Assembly (NCBI RefSeq): GCF_964213995.1
Contig: NW_027590154.1
Coordinates: 620,001-684,000, forward strand
DNA: 64,000 nt
Reading direction: 5' to 3'
Source: Mustelus asterias
Taxonomy: Eukaryota
Made by a program: the position numbers and the translations under genes. Each line of letters starts with the position of its first letter. Position 1 is the stretch's first letter. Below, in pieces: positions 13,290 through 24,584 of this stretch. The notes under the pieces were generated by a model. It saw nothing but the letters and a program-made list of their open reading frames with translations, was not told the origin of the DNA and did no database searches.

Positions 13290-13535
13290 CCCAACCTCTC
13301 CCTCGTTACTCCCCGGCCTCTCCCTCGATCACACCCCGGCCTCACCCTCACTCCCTCCCTGGCCTCTCCCTCGATCCCTCCCTGGACTCTCCCTCGGTCA
13401 CTCCCCGGCCTCTCCCTCGGTCACTCCCCGGCCTCACCCTCGATCCCTCCCTGGCCTCTCCCTCGATCCCTCCCTGGCCTCTCCCTCGATCCCTCCCTGG
13501 CCTCACCCTCTATCCCTCCCTGGCCTCTCCCTCGG
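13290..13535. repeat. CT-rich minisatellite, unit about 23 bp (ctctccctcgatccctccctggc), about 10 copies
   Basis: Read directly from the sequence. Confidence 0.9.
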
Positions 13536-13639
13536 TCAGTGCACAGTCTTTCTCTCATAACCCTGAACATTTTTTTTTCTCTTCAGATAGTTATCGAGTT
13601 GTGTTTTGAAATCTTGTTTGAACCTTCCTCCTCCCCACA

Positions 13640-14030
13640 CTGGGTCAGTGCACGCCAGGTTCTAACCACTCACTCTGGAAACGGGATTTCCTCAAATCAC
13701 CATTGCTTATTTCACAAATCACCTTTAATTTGTGTCCTCTGCTTCTTAACCTTTTTGCCAATCAGAATAGTTTCTTCCGATCTACTCTGTCCAAATCCCT
13801 CTTGATTTTGAATATTTCTATCGAATCTCCTCTTCTCTATAGAGATCAGCCCCAGCTTTGCCAATCTACCCTCATAACTGAAGTTTCTCATCCCTGGAAC
13901 CAGTCTCATGATTTTTTTCTGCATCCTCTACAATGTCTTCACCTCCTTCCTGTAGCGATCTATCCGGAGTTGGCCACAATGCTCCAGTTGAGGCTGAACC
14001 AATGTTTTATTCTGGTTCATCACAACTTCC
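13640..14030 (-). mobile_element. Old CR1 fragment
   Basis: PGMRNFSYEGRLAKLGL peptide. Confidence 0.65.
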
Positions 14031-14819
14031 TTTGTTATTCTCGGGAATTTGGACATCAGCCTTTCTCCTGTCAATATACAGCTGCCTTATGGGGTTGTAG
14101 TCACACATTTGAAAGAGCTGCCCATCAGCCCCACTCCCCTCCCCTTTCTCCAGAGCCCTGCTAACTTTACCTTCAACTGGAGATCCAATTCACTTCAGAA
14201 AGATGTATCTGAATCTGCTTCCATCCCCTTTCAGGCAGAACATTCCAGAACAAAATTAATTGAGAAATGAATGCCCCCAGTGGATTTTTCCCAATTATTT
14301 GATGCTACGTATTTAATTGTTGATCTTCTGTTTAATACATTTCCAGAGCAGATTTAAGGGAAAATGTTCATGACATCTTAGAGATGAACCACACGAAACA
14401 CTGTCTGTTTGAAACAAAGCTGATTTATTTGATGTATTAAAATATTAAACTCCAGCCACATTACAGGAGTTAACATCAGCAAAATAAAAGCCAGAATTAA
14501 TGTGATTCAATCCTAAATATGATCAACAGCAGCAACAAAAGCAGAATCCAACTCCTCTAGAGACACTGTCTGAGAGTCAGTGCAGACTCGATGGGCTGAA
14601 TGGCCTCCTTCTGCACTGTAGGGATTCTATGAAAAGTAAAGTCAAGATTAAAATAAATAAAGATTCTCCAGCTAGTCACTAATCAGCCTTTTCCATTTTT
14701 CTGAAGTCACCTTATAATTATTTATCTCCTAAATTTGATGAATTAAACATAATCTGCAATTATATGATAAATGATCAGTTTTATACAAATTAATGAATCA
14801 TGTCTTACTTTATAGTTGG

Positions 14820-15300
14820 ATAATGCAGTGACCAGAACTGTGCTCAGTATTCTAGCTGTGTTCTAACTCGTCTTTTATCAGTTCTAACGTAATCTCCCTG
14901 CTCTTATATTCCAGGCCTCAGACAGGAAAGTGTCCCAAATGCCTTCTTGACCATCTGATCTCCATGTGCAGCCATCTTCAGGGATCAGTGGATATGCACT
15001 CCAAAGTCCCTCTGTTCCTCTATAATTCTCAACATCATCCCATGTATTGTTCATTCCCTTGTCTTGTTTACTCTCCCAAATTCAATCTCTCTCATTGATC
15101 CAGATTGAATTCTACTTGCTATTTTTGTGTTGAATCACCCCCCCAGTCCATTAATATCTTCCTGCTGTCCACAGCTTTATTCCTCATTGTCAACCATGGG
15201 AGAAACTTTTGTATCAGATGCAAACTTAGTAATCATTTTCCACACAGTTGAGCCGAAATTATTGACACATACCAGAAAACTGTGGAACACCACTGGAAAC
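14820..15300 (-). mobile_element. Old CR1 fragment
   Basis: gaccagaactgtgctcagtattc, the reverse complement of EYxAQFW. Confidence 0.55.
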
Positions 15301-15317
15301 AGGCATCTTGGCATCAT

Positions 15318-16454
15318 TCAGTCCTGGGTGTGATGAACAGCAGAATCCAACCCCTGCTGTTGCCTGTGAACTTGCTGGTGTTTCAGCAGGTTGTTTGACT
15401 GAGCGAATCCCTTCCCACACATGGAGCAGTTGAACGGCCTTTCCCCAGTGTGAACTCGCTGGTGTTTCAGCAGATTCTGTTTACTTTTAAATCTCTTCTC
15501 ACAATCAGAACATTCAAAAGGTCTCTGATCAGTGTGAACAAGTTGGTGTGTAGTCAGGTGGGATGACTGAGTGAATCTCTTGCCGCACAGGGGGCAAGTG
15601 TAAGGTCTCTCTCCAGTGTGAACTCGCCGGTGTATCAGAAGGTCAGATGCATCAATGAATTCCTGACAACACACAGGGCAGGTGAACGGCCTCTCCCCAG
15701 TGTGAACTCGATGGTGTCTCAGAAGGTGGGCTAACCGAGTGAATCCCTTCCCACAGAGAGAGCAGGTGAATGGCCTCTCTCCAGTGTGAGTGTGCTGGTG
15801 TTTCAGAAGATCCTTTTTGCTTTTAAATGTTTTATCACATTCAGGACAATTGAAAGGTCTCTGATCAGTGTGAACAAATCGGTGTTTCAGGAGCTGGGAT
15901 GAACAAGTGAATCCCTTCCCACACACGGAGCAGATGAACGGCCTCTCCCCAGTGTGAGTGCGTTGGTGAATCAGTAAATCCTTTTTACTTTTAAAGGTCT
16001 TCTCACAATCAGAACATTTAAATGGTCTCTGATCAGTGTGAACACTTTGGTGTGTCAGGAGGTGGGATGACTGAGTGAATCCCTTACCACACATGTTGCA
16101 GATGAATGGCCTCTCCCCAGTGTGAGTGCGTTGGTGAATCAACAAATCCTTTCTGCTTTTAAAGCTCTTCCCACACTCACAACATTTAAACGGTCTCTGA
16201 TCAGAGTGAACCTGGTGGTGAGTCCGGAGGTTTGATAAAGCATTAAATCCCTTCCCACATTGAAGACAGGTGAATGGCCTCTCACCAGTATGGACATGCT
16301 GGTGTGTGTACAGGCTGGATGACTGAGTGAATCCCTTCCCACACACACAGCAGGTGAATGGTCTCTCCCCAGTGTGAATACGTCGATGGGTTTCCAATTC
16401 AGATGGGTAATTGAATCCCGTCCCACAGTCCGCACATTTCCACGGTTTCTCCAT
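15318..16454 (-). CDS. Tandem C2H2 zinc-finger protein, 378 aa, 13 fingers
   Basis: Open ORF starting MEKPWKC; the HK* stop is lost, so it reads on into the 3'UTR block (QGLDSAV). Confidence 0.88.
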   Translation of the reverse strand: MEKPWKCADCGTGFNYPSELETHRRIHTGERPFTCCVCGKGFTQSSSLYTHQHVHTGERPFTCLQCGKGFNALSNLRTHHQVHSDQRPFKCCECGKSFKSRKDLLIHQRTHTGERPFICNMCGKGFTQSSHLLTHQSVHTDQRPFKCSDCEKTFKSKKDLLIHQRTHTGERPFICSVCGKGFTCSSQLLKHRFVHTDQRPFNCPECDKTFKSKKDLLKHQHTHTGERPFTCSLCGKGFTRLAHLLRHHRVHTGERPFTCPVCCQEFIDASDLLIHRRVHTGERPYTCPLCGKRFTQSSHLTTHQLVHTDQRPFECSDCEKRFKSKQNLLKHQRVHTGERPFNCSMCGKGFAQSNNLLKHQQVHRQQQGLDSAVHHTQD

Positions 16455-16455
16455 G

Positions 16456-16580
16456 ATTATTGACAGGCTATCGGGTGTAGGCGGGATGCAGATTTGAGCT
16501 CACTATCAGATCAGCCATGATGTTATTAAATGGCGGAACTGGCCCGTGGGGCCGAATGGCCTATTGCTGCTCCTTGTTCA
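16456..16580 (+). mobile_element. Short CR1 3'-end insertion directly upstream of the ZNF start codon
   Basis: gatcagccatgatgttattaaatggcgg...ggccgaatggcct; flanked by catg at 16452-16455 and 16581-16584. Confidence 0.7.
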
Positions 16581-17959
16581 CATGGTGCAGGTGTCCTCCT
16601 GTCTCTCCAGGTTATATCATCAGTTGAAACCAGGTCCACACACAGAACACGAGTATGGTGTCTACCTGATGTAAATGTGCTATTTCTTTTCACGCTGTGT
16701 GACTGGTTAAAGCTCTGTTCCAGCTGACTGTGGAAAAATAACTGAGATGTCTGTGTCTCGGGGCTTTTCCAGTCACACTGATGTTGAATAATTTCCCAAA
16801 GACAAAATAGGCAAACATTTCTCCTTCCACATTCATAGGCCTTTGATATTCAGATCCTGAAGAATCATGTGACACTGTCAGATCCCGAGATGTTTGGTTT
16901 GAATCGCCCGTCTGCAGATATTCTGGAAAAGGAGTTTACATTGAATTACTTTGAATACACAAGACACAAACAAGCCATTCAGTTTAATTCTTTATACTTG
17001 ACACATCGTCTCCTGTCCCATAGACCTCATCTCAGCCTTTCAGTTGATTTTTCTATTTCTTTTTCTCTCGTGTGTTACTCCCATTTCCTTTTGAAACAAT
17101 CTCAGCACTTTCCTCAACTCATTTCTATGGTAATTCTAAACCTGTGAGTGATGAAATTTGTCCTTATTGCCTTCTTGGATTTATTAGTAACTATCTGAAA
17201 GCTGTAATCTCTGTTGACAAACATCATCACAGTCAATGCAGAATAGAAATCACAGAGAGACAAACATTCCTCTTGGAGTTGAGTTTTCTGTGTGCAAATC
17301 GTCAATTTGTAACAATGTGTAAAAGCAGTTTTCAAACATCTTTCAGTGTCAATCCACAATAGAAATGCTGAACAGACAATTCACTTTCCTCCAATCCCAG
17401 GTTTCTCCCTCCCTCTCCTCTGTCTGGGTTCAGTTCTCCAGCTCCTGTCTGCAGACTGACAATAAAACCAATGGGTCTTATTGGGGGTGTTGGGTCTCCA
17501 GCGGGTGTTTGTGAATCCTCCCCGCCCACCTCCCAGGCTTTCCTTCCTTCCCAGAGATCAGAGTCCTCATTGATTTGAGGCCAAAGTGTAACCTCTTATT
17601 TATTGTCCCCCTCCCCCGTCCTCTGATGTGAACCATCCTCCAGTGGCTGAGCCAGGATGGGGCCGTTAACTGGGCCTGTTCCAGGGAGGGAGGGAGAAGC
17701 CCCGCAGCTGCAAACCAGGGAGCTGACAATGATTCTGAAGGGTGTGCAGATCCACAAATTGTTTCCAAATCCTCCCCAATGTCCAGCCACCTGCAGTCCC
17801 TGCGGTAAAGCCAGGGCCTGTTTCCTGGGCCAGAAGTTGGTGCTCTTTCCAGTGCAGCCGTGGTTTCCATTCCCACCCTGTGCTCACAATCTCCTCCTGA
17901 ACCCTCCCCAATACCATGATTGACACTGAGCATGCTCAGAGCGTGCACCCACACCACCT

Positions 17960-18078
17960 GATGTGGAGATGCCGGTGTTGGACTGGGTGAGTCACCTGAT
18001 GAAGGGGCGGAGCTCCGAAAGCTCGTGATTCCAAATAAATCTGTTAGATGTGAACCTGGTGTTGTGACTTCTTACTGT
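17960..18078. mobile_element. Penelope-derived mini element with a hammerhead-like motif
   Basis: Shares gatgtggagatgccgg...gactggg and ctgatgaag...cgaaagct with 35347-35525 and 53118-53706. Confidence 0.65.
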
Positions 18079-18680
18079 GCAGACCACACCTGCGCAGTGC
18101 GTTCCCAGGCTCCCCAGCGCCTTATCATCTTTGCGCATGCTCCACTCCCAGCCTGGGCCCGCCCCTCATTCACTCCGATTCGTTGGAGGACCAGCCGCTC
18201 CCGCTCGGTCCTTCAGCCCCGCCCCTCATTCACTCCGATTGGTTGGAGGATCAACCGCTCCCGCTCCGTCCTCCAGCCCCGCCCCCTCTTCCTATTGGTC
18301 CGGAGCTGCCGTCAATCAGTCCCCGGGCATTGTGATGTGGAGCATGCGCAGTGCCTGCGGCAGACGGTAAGGCGCTCGAGCGAGCAGGTTTTAAATGGAG
18401 ATTTTTACAAAGATCCAGTGCGGATCCAGAGCCCGAAATAAAACCGGAAACATAAATGGAGTTGGCGGGTGGATGGTGAGGCTTTATAAACACCCGGTGT
18501 CGGCCACAAACCCTCAATTTGCAAAGCAAATTCCTCGGGCCTTCCGAAGGCTTCAGACCCGAGTTCACATCCGCCATCTTTATCGGGATCCACGTATTGC
18601 AAGGCGCATGCGCATCCGCCATCTTTGTTGAGGTAAATTGGAATAACGCATGCGCAGCCACCATACTTCTTGAGGGTGAA
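18078..18680. promoter_or_regulatory. Bidirectional CpG-island promoter between the ZNF at 16454 (-) and the ZNF at 20094 (+)
   Basis: Several NRF1 motifs (tgcgcatgc), GC boxes, CCAAT boxes, YY1 ccgccatctt at 18571 and about 18616, donor gtaag at 18367. Confidence 0.75.
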
Positions 18681-18809
18681 ATCAAATGAATAACCCACTG
18701 GAGACAAAAAAAATCAGACAGTTTGTTATAAAATCAATGTGTTGTTGTAAAACCGGAAGTTAGGGTTACAGCCAACAACAACTTCTATTTATATAACACC
18801 ATTAATATC

Positions 18810-19107
18810 AGGGTGGTTAGCACTGCTGCCTCACAGCTCCAGGGACTCAGGTTCAATTCCAGCCTTGGGTCACTGTGCAGAGTTTGCACGTTATCCCTCT
18901 GACTGTGGGTTTCCTCTGGATGCTCTGGTTTTCTCCCACCGCCCAAAGATGTGATGCTTAGGGGAATTGGCCATGCTATATTGCCCCTTCGTGTACAAAG
19001 ATGTGCAGGTAAGGTGGGTTAGAGGTGTAGATCAGGGGTAAAATATTCAGAGTTGGTCCAGACTTGATGGGCCAAATGGTTTCCTTCTGCATGGTAGGAA
19101 TTCTTTG
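18810..19107 (+). mobile_element. HE1/V-SINE-type tRNA-derived SINE
   Basis: gtggttagcactgctgcctcacagctccaggg head and CR1-like tail. Confidence 0.85.
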
Positions 19108-19297
19108 AGAACTCATCCTTGTGCAGTGAAAGTCCAGTCACTAATGGTGGAGTGATTAAAAAATGGAATGTGTCGGAAGCCAGAATCAGAGCAGTACTAG
19201 AGGTGATTCCAGAGATGGGGAGGAACAGGCCTTGGAGTGATTTGTATAAATTAGTTGTAAGGATGCATGAAAAATATGCAACATTTCATTTGGATCT

Positions 19298-19633
19298 CAT
19301 AGAATCCCACAGTGCAGAAGGAGGCCATTGGGCCCATCGAATCTGCATTGACCACAATCCCACCCAGGCCCTATCACCGTTACCCATGCATTTATCCTAG
19401 CTAGACCCCCCCCCACACACACACACAAACACTCAGGGTTAATTTAGCATTGCCAATCTACTTAATCCGCACCTGTTTGGACAGTGGGAGGAAACTGGAG
19501 CACCCGGAGGAAACTCATGCAGACACAGGGAGAACGTGCAAACTCCACACAGACAGTGAACCAAGCTGGGAATCAAACTCGGGTTCCTGGTGCTGTGAGG
19601 CAGCAGTGCTAACCACTGTCCCACCGTGCCGCC
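19298..19633 (-). mobile_element. HE1/V-SINE-type SINE
   Basis: Full head (ccaccgtgccgccc) and catagaa tail. Confidence 0.88.
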
Positions 19634-20093
19634 CTCAGCTCAGGGAGGAGGGAGAGTGTGTGGGACATAGATTTACTGTTTTGGGAAACCAGAGCAGAAA
19701 AGTTGTTCCTTAGAAATTAGACTTGTCTGATCAGAATTTCTATCCTGGACTGACAGTAGTTTTGTAAACTCCTTTTGCAGGATATTTGAAGGGGAAAATT
19801 TACAGTCCGCAAAATGGAATCAAGTTTCACACCAAGATTTAACAGTTGCTCAATTCACCAGCACCTGAACACTATCAGCCTTTGAATGTGGAGTGCGGGA
19901 AAAGATTTCAAACTTCAGTGTGACTGGAAAAGCACCGAGAGAGAGACACACCCGAGTGAGAGTTTTCCAGTGAACTGACTGTGGAAAGAGCTTTAACCAG
20001 TTACACAGCCTGAAAAAACATCTCACCATTCACAGCAATGTGAATCTGTGCATGTGTTCTGTGTGTGGACGAGGCTTCAACTAATCACCAAAT

Positions 20094-20613
20094 ATGGAGA
20101 GACATGATGATATTGACACGATAGAAAAACCGTGGATATGTGGGGACTGTGGGAAAGCATTCACTTGCCCATCCAAACTGGAAACTCATCGACGCACCCA
20201 CACTGGGGAGAGACCCTTCACCTGCCCCGTGTGTTGGAAGGAATTTACTCAATCATCCTGCCTAACATTACACCAGCGAGTTCACACTGGAGAGAGACCG
20301 TACACTTGCTCTGTGTGTGGGAAGGGATAACCTACAGTTACACAGGAGAGTTCACACCGGAGAGAGGCCGTTCACCTGCGCCGTGTGTGGGAAGCGATTC
20401 ATTAATTCATCCAACCTCGTGACACACCAGAGAGTTCACACTGAGGAGAGGCCGTTCAGTTGCACTGACTGTGGAAAGAGCTTCAGACATTCATCCAGCC
20501 TCAAAGCACATCAGCGACTTCACACTGGGGAGAGACCATTCACCTGCTCAGAGTGTGGGAAGGGATTCACTACCTCCTCCCACCTGGTGACACACCAGCG
20601 ACTTCACAAGTGA
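20094..20613 (+). pseudogene. C2H2 ZNF, about 6 fingers, with a frameshifting deletion at about 20328
   Basis: Two ORFs (20094-20330 and 20317-20613); acceptor ccttttgcag at 19780; ends HK*. Confidence 0.8.
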
Positions 20614-20839
20614 GTGCAGGGAGTGGATTCTGCTGTACTTGCTGCTGTTAATCACATCCAGGAGTGAGCCACATTCATTCTGACATTTGAGGTTTGTTTC
20701 TGCTGATGTTAATAATCCCTGTAGGTGGGCTGCAGGTTAATATTCTCGATCTAGAGCAGATTGTGTTTTTGGGGTTGCAGTTTCCCTTTAAGAACCGCTG
20801 TCTGTGATCTTTCCCCATCATTCAGGAACTCTCATCACA

Positions 20840-21215
20840 GATTCTTTACAGTACAGAAGGAGGCTATTCAGCCCATCAAGTCTGCACTGGCTCACTGAAG
20901 GAGCTTAATCCCATTCCCCTGCCATACCCCTGTAACCTTGCACACTTTCTTTTCAGATAACAATCCAATTCTCTTTTGAGTACCTTGATCAAACCTGCCT
21001 CCACTGCCTTCACAGGAAGTTTATTCCAGACTCCAACCACCCAGTAGGTGAAAATAATTTTCCTCACATCACTTTGACTCTGTTTTCCCCATTAAGGTAG
21101 GTCTGTGCCCTCTAGTTCTTGATGTTCTCTTGGTGGGAACATTTTCTCACTATTTCACCTGCCCAATTCCTCAGGATCTTGAATACCTGTATCAACCTCC
21201 TCTCGACCATCTTCA
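20840..21215 (-). mobile_element. Old CR1 3' fragment
   Basis: FTYWVVGVWNKLP peptide. Confidence 0.65.
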
Positions 21216-22024
21216 ATCAGACAATTAACATTTATTTCTTCTGATGTTAATCTCTAACTGACCTGGAACTTAATATTCTGACATCTGTTAAATAAATCAG
21301 CTTTGTTTCAAACACACGGTGTGTTAAATCCTTGATTTCTCCAGGATAAGAGATTAATTGATGTCCTGTTACTGACTTCTGTTTTTTGGATCTTTTCTCC
21401 TTTCTAACTCTAGATTATTTCAGTCTCAGACCTTCAGTTACACTGATTTTTAAAAATTTGATTTATTATTGTCACAAGTATTAGCATAAAGTGAAAAGTA
21501 TTGTTTCTCATCATGGACAAGTCCCAGCTCCCTATACCTTTCAGAGTGTCTCTCCCAGCCTTGAGATCCAGGGAAGTTTTCAGTATTTAAAAACAGAAAA
21601 TACTGGAAATTATAATCCATACTTTTCCAAGTGTCAGTTGATTGTGTCCCAGATTATTGGCTTTTCCCCACCGCTGATGTTAAACAGATTGTTCTGTAAT
21701 TGCTGTGTTTTTGAACAGGGATGTAACATTTACACTCTCTGTCCTTTGTCACTACGACTCGAGAAGGATTGGAAGATTGTGGCCAGAGCTCCACAAGCTC
21801 CATGTGAAGGACAGTGTGTGTCAGAGTGCAGCAGTCCCTCAATGTCAGACTGCAGTGTCAGCCTCGATAATGTGCTCAGCTTGATGAGTATTTCCTGTTG
21901 TTATTGATGTGGATCATTCAGAAACAATGGACTCTGATGATGTCATCCAGTCCTGCTGCGATGATGTCATAGAGACTATTACATCACAGCAGAGCCTTAG
22001 TGGTGAAAACAGTTTTGTTCCAGA

Positions 22025-22970
22025 TGGGAGGTGATGGCCCAATGGTATTATCCCTGGACTTAATCCATAAACTCAGTTTATGTTCTGGGGACCGGGTTCA
22101 AATCCCACCACAGCAAGTGGTGTAATTTGAACAAAGAACAAGAAAAAAGAAAATTATAGCACAGGAACAGGCTCTTTGGCCCTCCAAGCCTGCACTGATT
22201 ATGCTGCCCGTCTGAACTAAAAAGGCCTCCGGGGACCATATCCCTCTATTCCCATTTTATTCATGCATTTGTCCAGGTGTCCCTTAAAAGTCACTATCAT
22301 ATCTGCTTCCACTACCTCCCCCAGCAGCGAGTTCCAGGCACCTGCCACTCTTTGTAAAAAAAAAACTTGCCTCGTACATTTAATTCAATAAAAATAATTG
22401 AATTCAATAAAAAAAAATCAGAATTAAGAATCTACTGCTGACCATGAAACCATTGTCAATTGTCAGAAAAAACCATTTGGTTCAGTAAAGCAAAAAGTAA
22501 AGTTTATTTATTAGTCACAAGTAGGCTTACATTAACAGTGCAGTGAAGTTACTGTGAAATTCCCCTGGTCGCCACACTCCGGCATTTGTTCAAGTCAATT
22601 CACCGAACCAGCATGTCTTTCAGACTGTGGGAGGAAACCGGAGCACCCGGAGGAAACTCACGCAGACACGCAGAGAACGTGCAAACTCCTCACAGACAGT
22701 GACCCAAGCCGGGAATCGAACCCGGGTCCCTGGCGCTGTGAGGCAACAGTGCTAACCACTGTGCCACCCCATGAATGTCCGTTTGGGGTAGGAAAGCTGC
22801 TGTCCTTACCTGTCTGGCCTACATGTGACTCCAGAGCCATAGCAATGTGGTTGACTGTCAACTGCCCTCTGAAATGGCCCAGTAAGCCACTCAGTTCGAT
22901 GGTAACTGGGGATGGGCAATAAATGCTGGCCATGCAGTGACGCCCATGTCCCACAAATGCATAAAAAATC
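22025..22970 (+). mobile_element. Older tRNA-type SINE-like element hosting a CR1 fragment (22130-22380, -) and a SINE (22495-22768, -)
   Basis: Host is collinear across both inserts (ggttcagtaa|tgtccgtttgggg); B-box-like ggttcaaatccc at about 22095; related fragment at 33925-34055. Confidence 0.6.
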
Positions 22971-23165
22971 CTCACAGTTTAAATTCACACAGACATTCTG
23001 TCTCCTTTTGTAATTACCACTCACTTCACCCGTTTAAAAAAAAATCAGAAATTACCCACAAAAAATATTTTAATTTCTCAGATTTTCTTGACATATCAGT
23101 AGAAATGGACGTCAATGAACATAATTCATTCCTGGATGTGATTTACAGTAAAATCCAGTCACTGA

Positions 23166-24203
23166 TTATTTGTGAACTCGCTGGTGACTCATCAGGGTGG
23201 ATGAGCGAGTGAATCTCTTCCCACACACGAAGCAGGTGAATGGTCTCTCCCCAGTGTGAATTCGCTGGTGTCTCTGCAGGGTGGCTGATTGAGTGAATCC
23301 TTTCTCACACTGCAAACAGATGAACGGCTTCTCCCCAGTGTGAACCCGCTGGTGTGCAGTCAGTTGACATAATTGTCTAAACCCAGTCCCGCAGTGAGAG
23401 CACCTGAACGGTCTCTCGTCAGTGTGAACAAGCTGATGGCGCATCAGGTCCACAGAACCTTTATAGCATTTCTCACAGTCAGCACATTTAAAAGGTCTCT
23501 CGTCAGTGTGAACTTGCTGGTGTTTCAGCAGAGTGGACGAATCGCTGAATCCCTTCCCACATTTGGAGCAGGTGAATGTTCTCTCCCCTGTGTGAACTCG
23601 ATGGTGTTGTCGAAGCCCTGATGATCGAGTGAATCTCTTCCCACATTTGCAACAGATGAACGGCTTCTCCCCAGTGTGAATTCGCTGATGTGCAGTGAGT
23701 TCAGATGATTGTCTGAACCCAGTCTCACAGTGAGAGCATCTGAAGGGTCTCTCGTCAGTGTGAACATGCTGATGTCGCATTAGGTTCTGAGAACTTTTAT
23801 AGCACTTCCCACAGTCCAGGCATTTAAACGGTCTCTCATCAGTGTGAACTTGCTGATGTTTCAGCAGAGTGGATGAATCAGTAAATCCCTTCCCACACTT
23901 GGAGCAGGTGAATGGCCTCTCCCCAGTGTGAATTCGGTGGTGTTGTTGCAGCCCAGATGATCGAGTGAATCCCTTCCCACACTCGGGGCAGGTAAATGGC
24001 TTCTGCGCATTATGAACACGCTGGTGCCTCAACAGGTTGGATGACCAAGTGAATCCCTTCCCACACTCAGGGCAGGTGAATGGCCTCTCCCCAGTGTGAC
24101 AGGGCTGATGAGTTTCCAGCTCAGACAGGGATCTGAATCCCTGCTCACAGTCCCCAGATTTCCACGGTTTATCTACACTGTGAACGTTGCTGTTTTCTTG
24201 CAT
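23166..24203 (-). CDS. Tandem C2H2 zinc-finger protein, about 345 aa, 11 intact fingers plus 1 degenerate
   Basis: The tracked ORF runs on into the intron; acceptor tttcacag at about 24286-24293; first exonic ATG at 24203 (MQENSN...); ends HK*. Confidence 0.82.
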   Translation of the reverse strand: MQENSNVHSVDKPWKSGDCEQGFRSLSELETHQPCHTGERPFTCPECGKGFTWSSNLLRHQRVHNAQKPFTCPECGKGFTRSSGLQQHHRIHTGERPFTCSKCGKGFTDSSTLLKHQQVHTDERPFKCLDCGKCYKSSQNLMRHQHVHTDERPFRCSHCETGFRQSSELTAHQRIHTGEKPFICCKCGKRFTRSSGLRQHHRVHTGERTFTCSKCGKGFSDSSTLLKHQQVHTDERPFKCADCEKCYKGSVDLMRHQLVHTDERPFRCSHCGTGFRQLCQLTAHQRVHTGEKPFICLQCEKGFTQSATLQRHQRIHTGERPFTCFVCGKRFTRSSTLMSHQRVHK

Positions 24204-24584
24204 GTTAAAAACCCGATGATATTCAGATCCTGATGTGATGTTTGGTTTCAGTTTCCCTGACTGCAAATCTTCCCCTTCTAACGCCCTGTGAAACTGATTT
24301 AAGACAGAAAAAAGGGAGTGAGAGAGAACTCTCAAAAACAGAAAGGCAGGTTGTGAAATTGAGCTGGTTTTAGTGCCAATTTCCCACCCCCTCCCCGAAT
24401 CCTTTGATTCCCTGAAAGATCTCTCCAGCTCTGGGCTAGAATTTTCCTCCATTTTAATCCTGGGAAAACTGCAGTTATTGTCACCGCTCTCTGCTACAAA
24501 TTCCACCCACTGACTCCATCCCTCTCCTCGGAAACTGTCTGAGACTGAGCCAGTCTGTTCACATAGCAAAATATTTCACCCAAC

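Noticed and set aside
13269-13805. Pro/Ser-rich protein
   Set aside because: Translation of a CT-rich minisatellite
18025-18707. Overlapping ORFs in CpG islands (also 44065-44662 and 54475-55499)
   Set aside because: Expected in GC-rich promoter DNA; no domains seen
24204-24569. N-terminal effector domain in the 467-aa ORF
   Set aside because: Non-ATG start; it crosses the conserved splice acceptor into intron and repeat sequence and shows no domain motif
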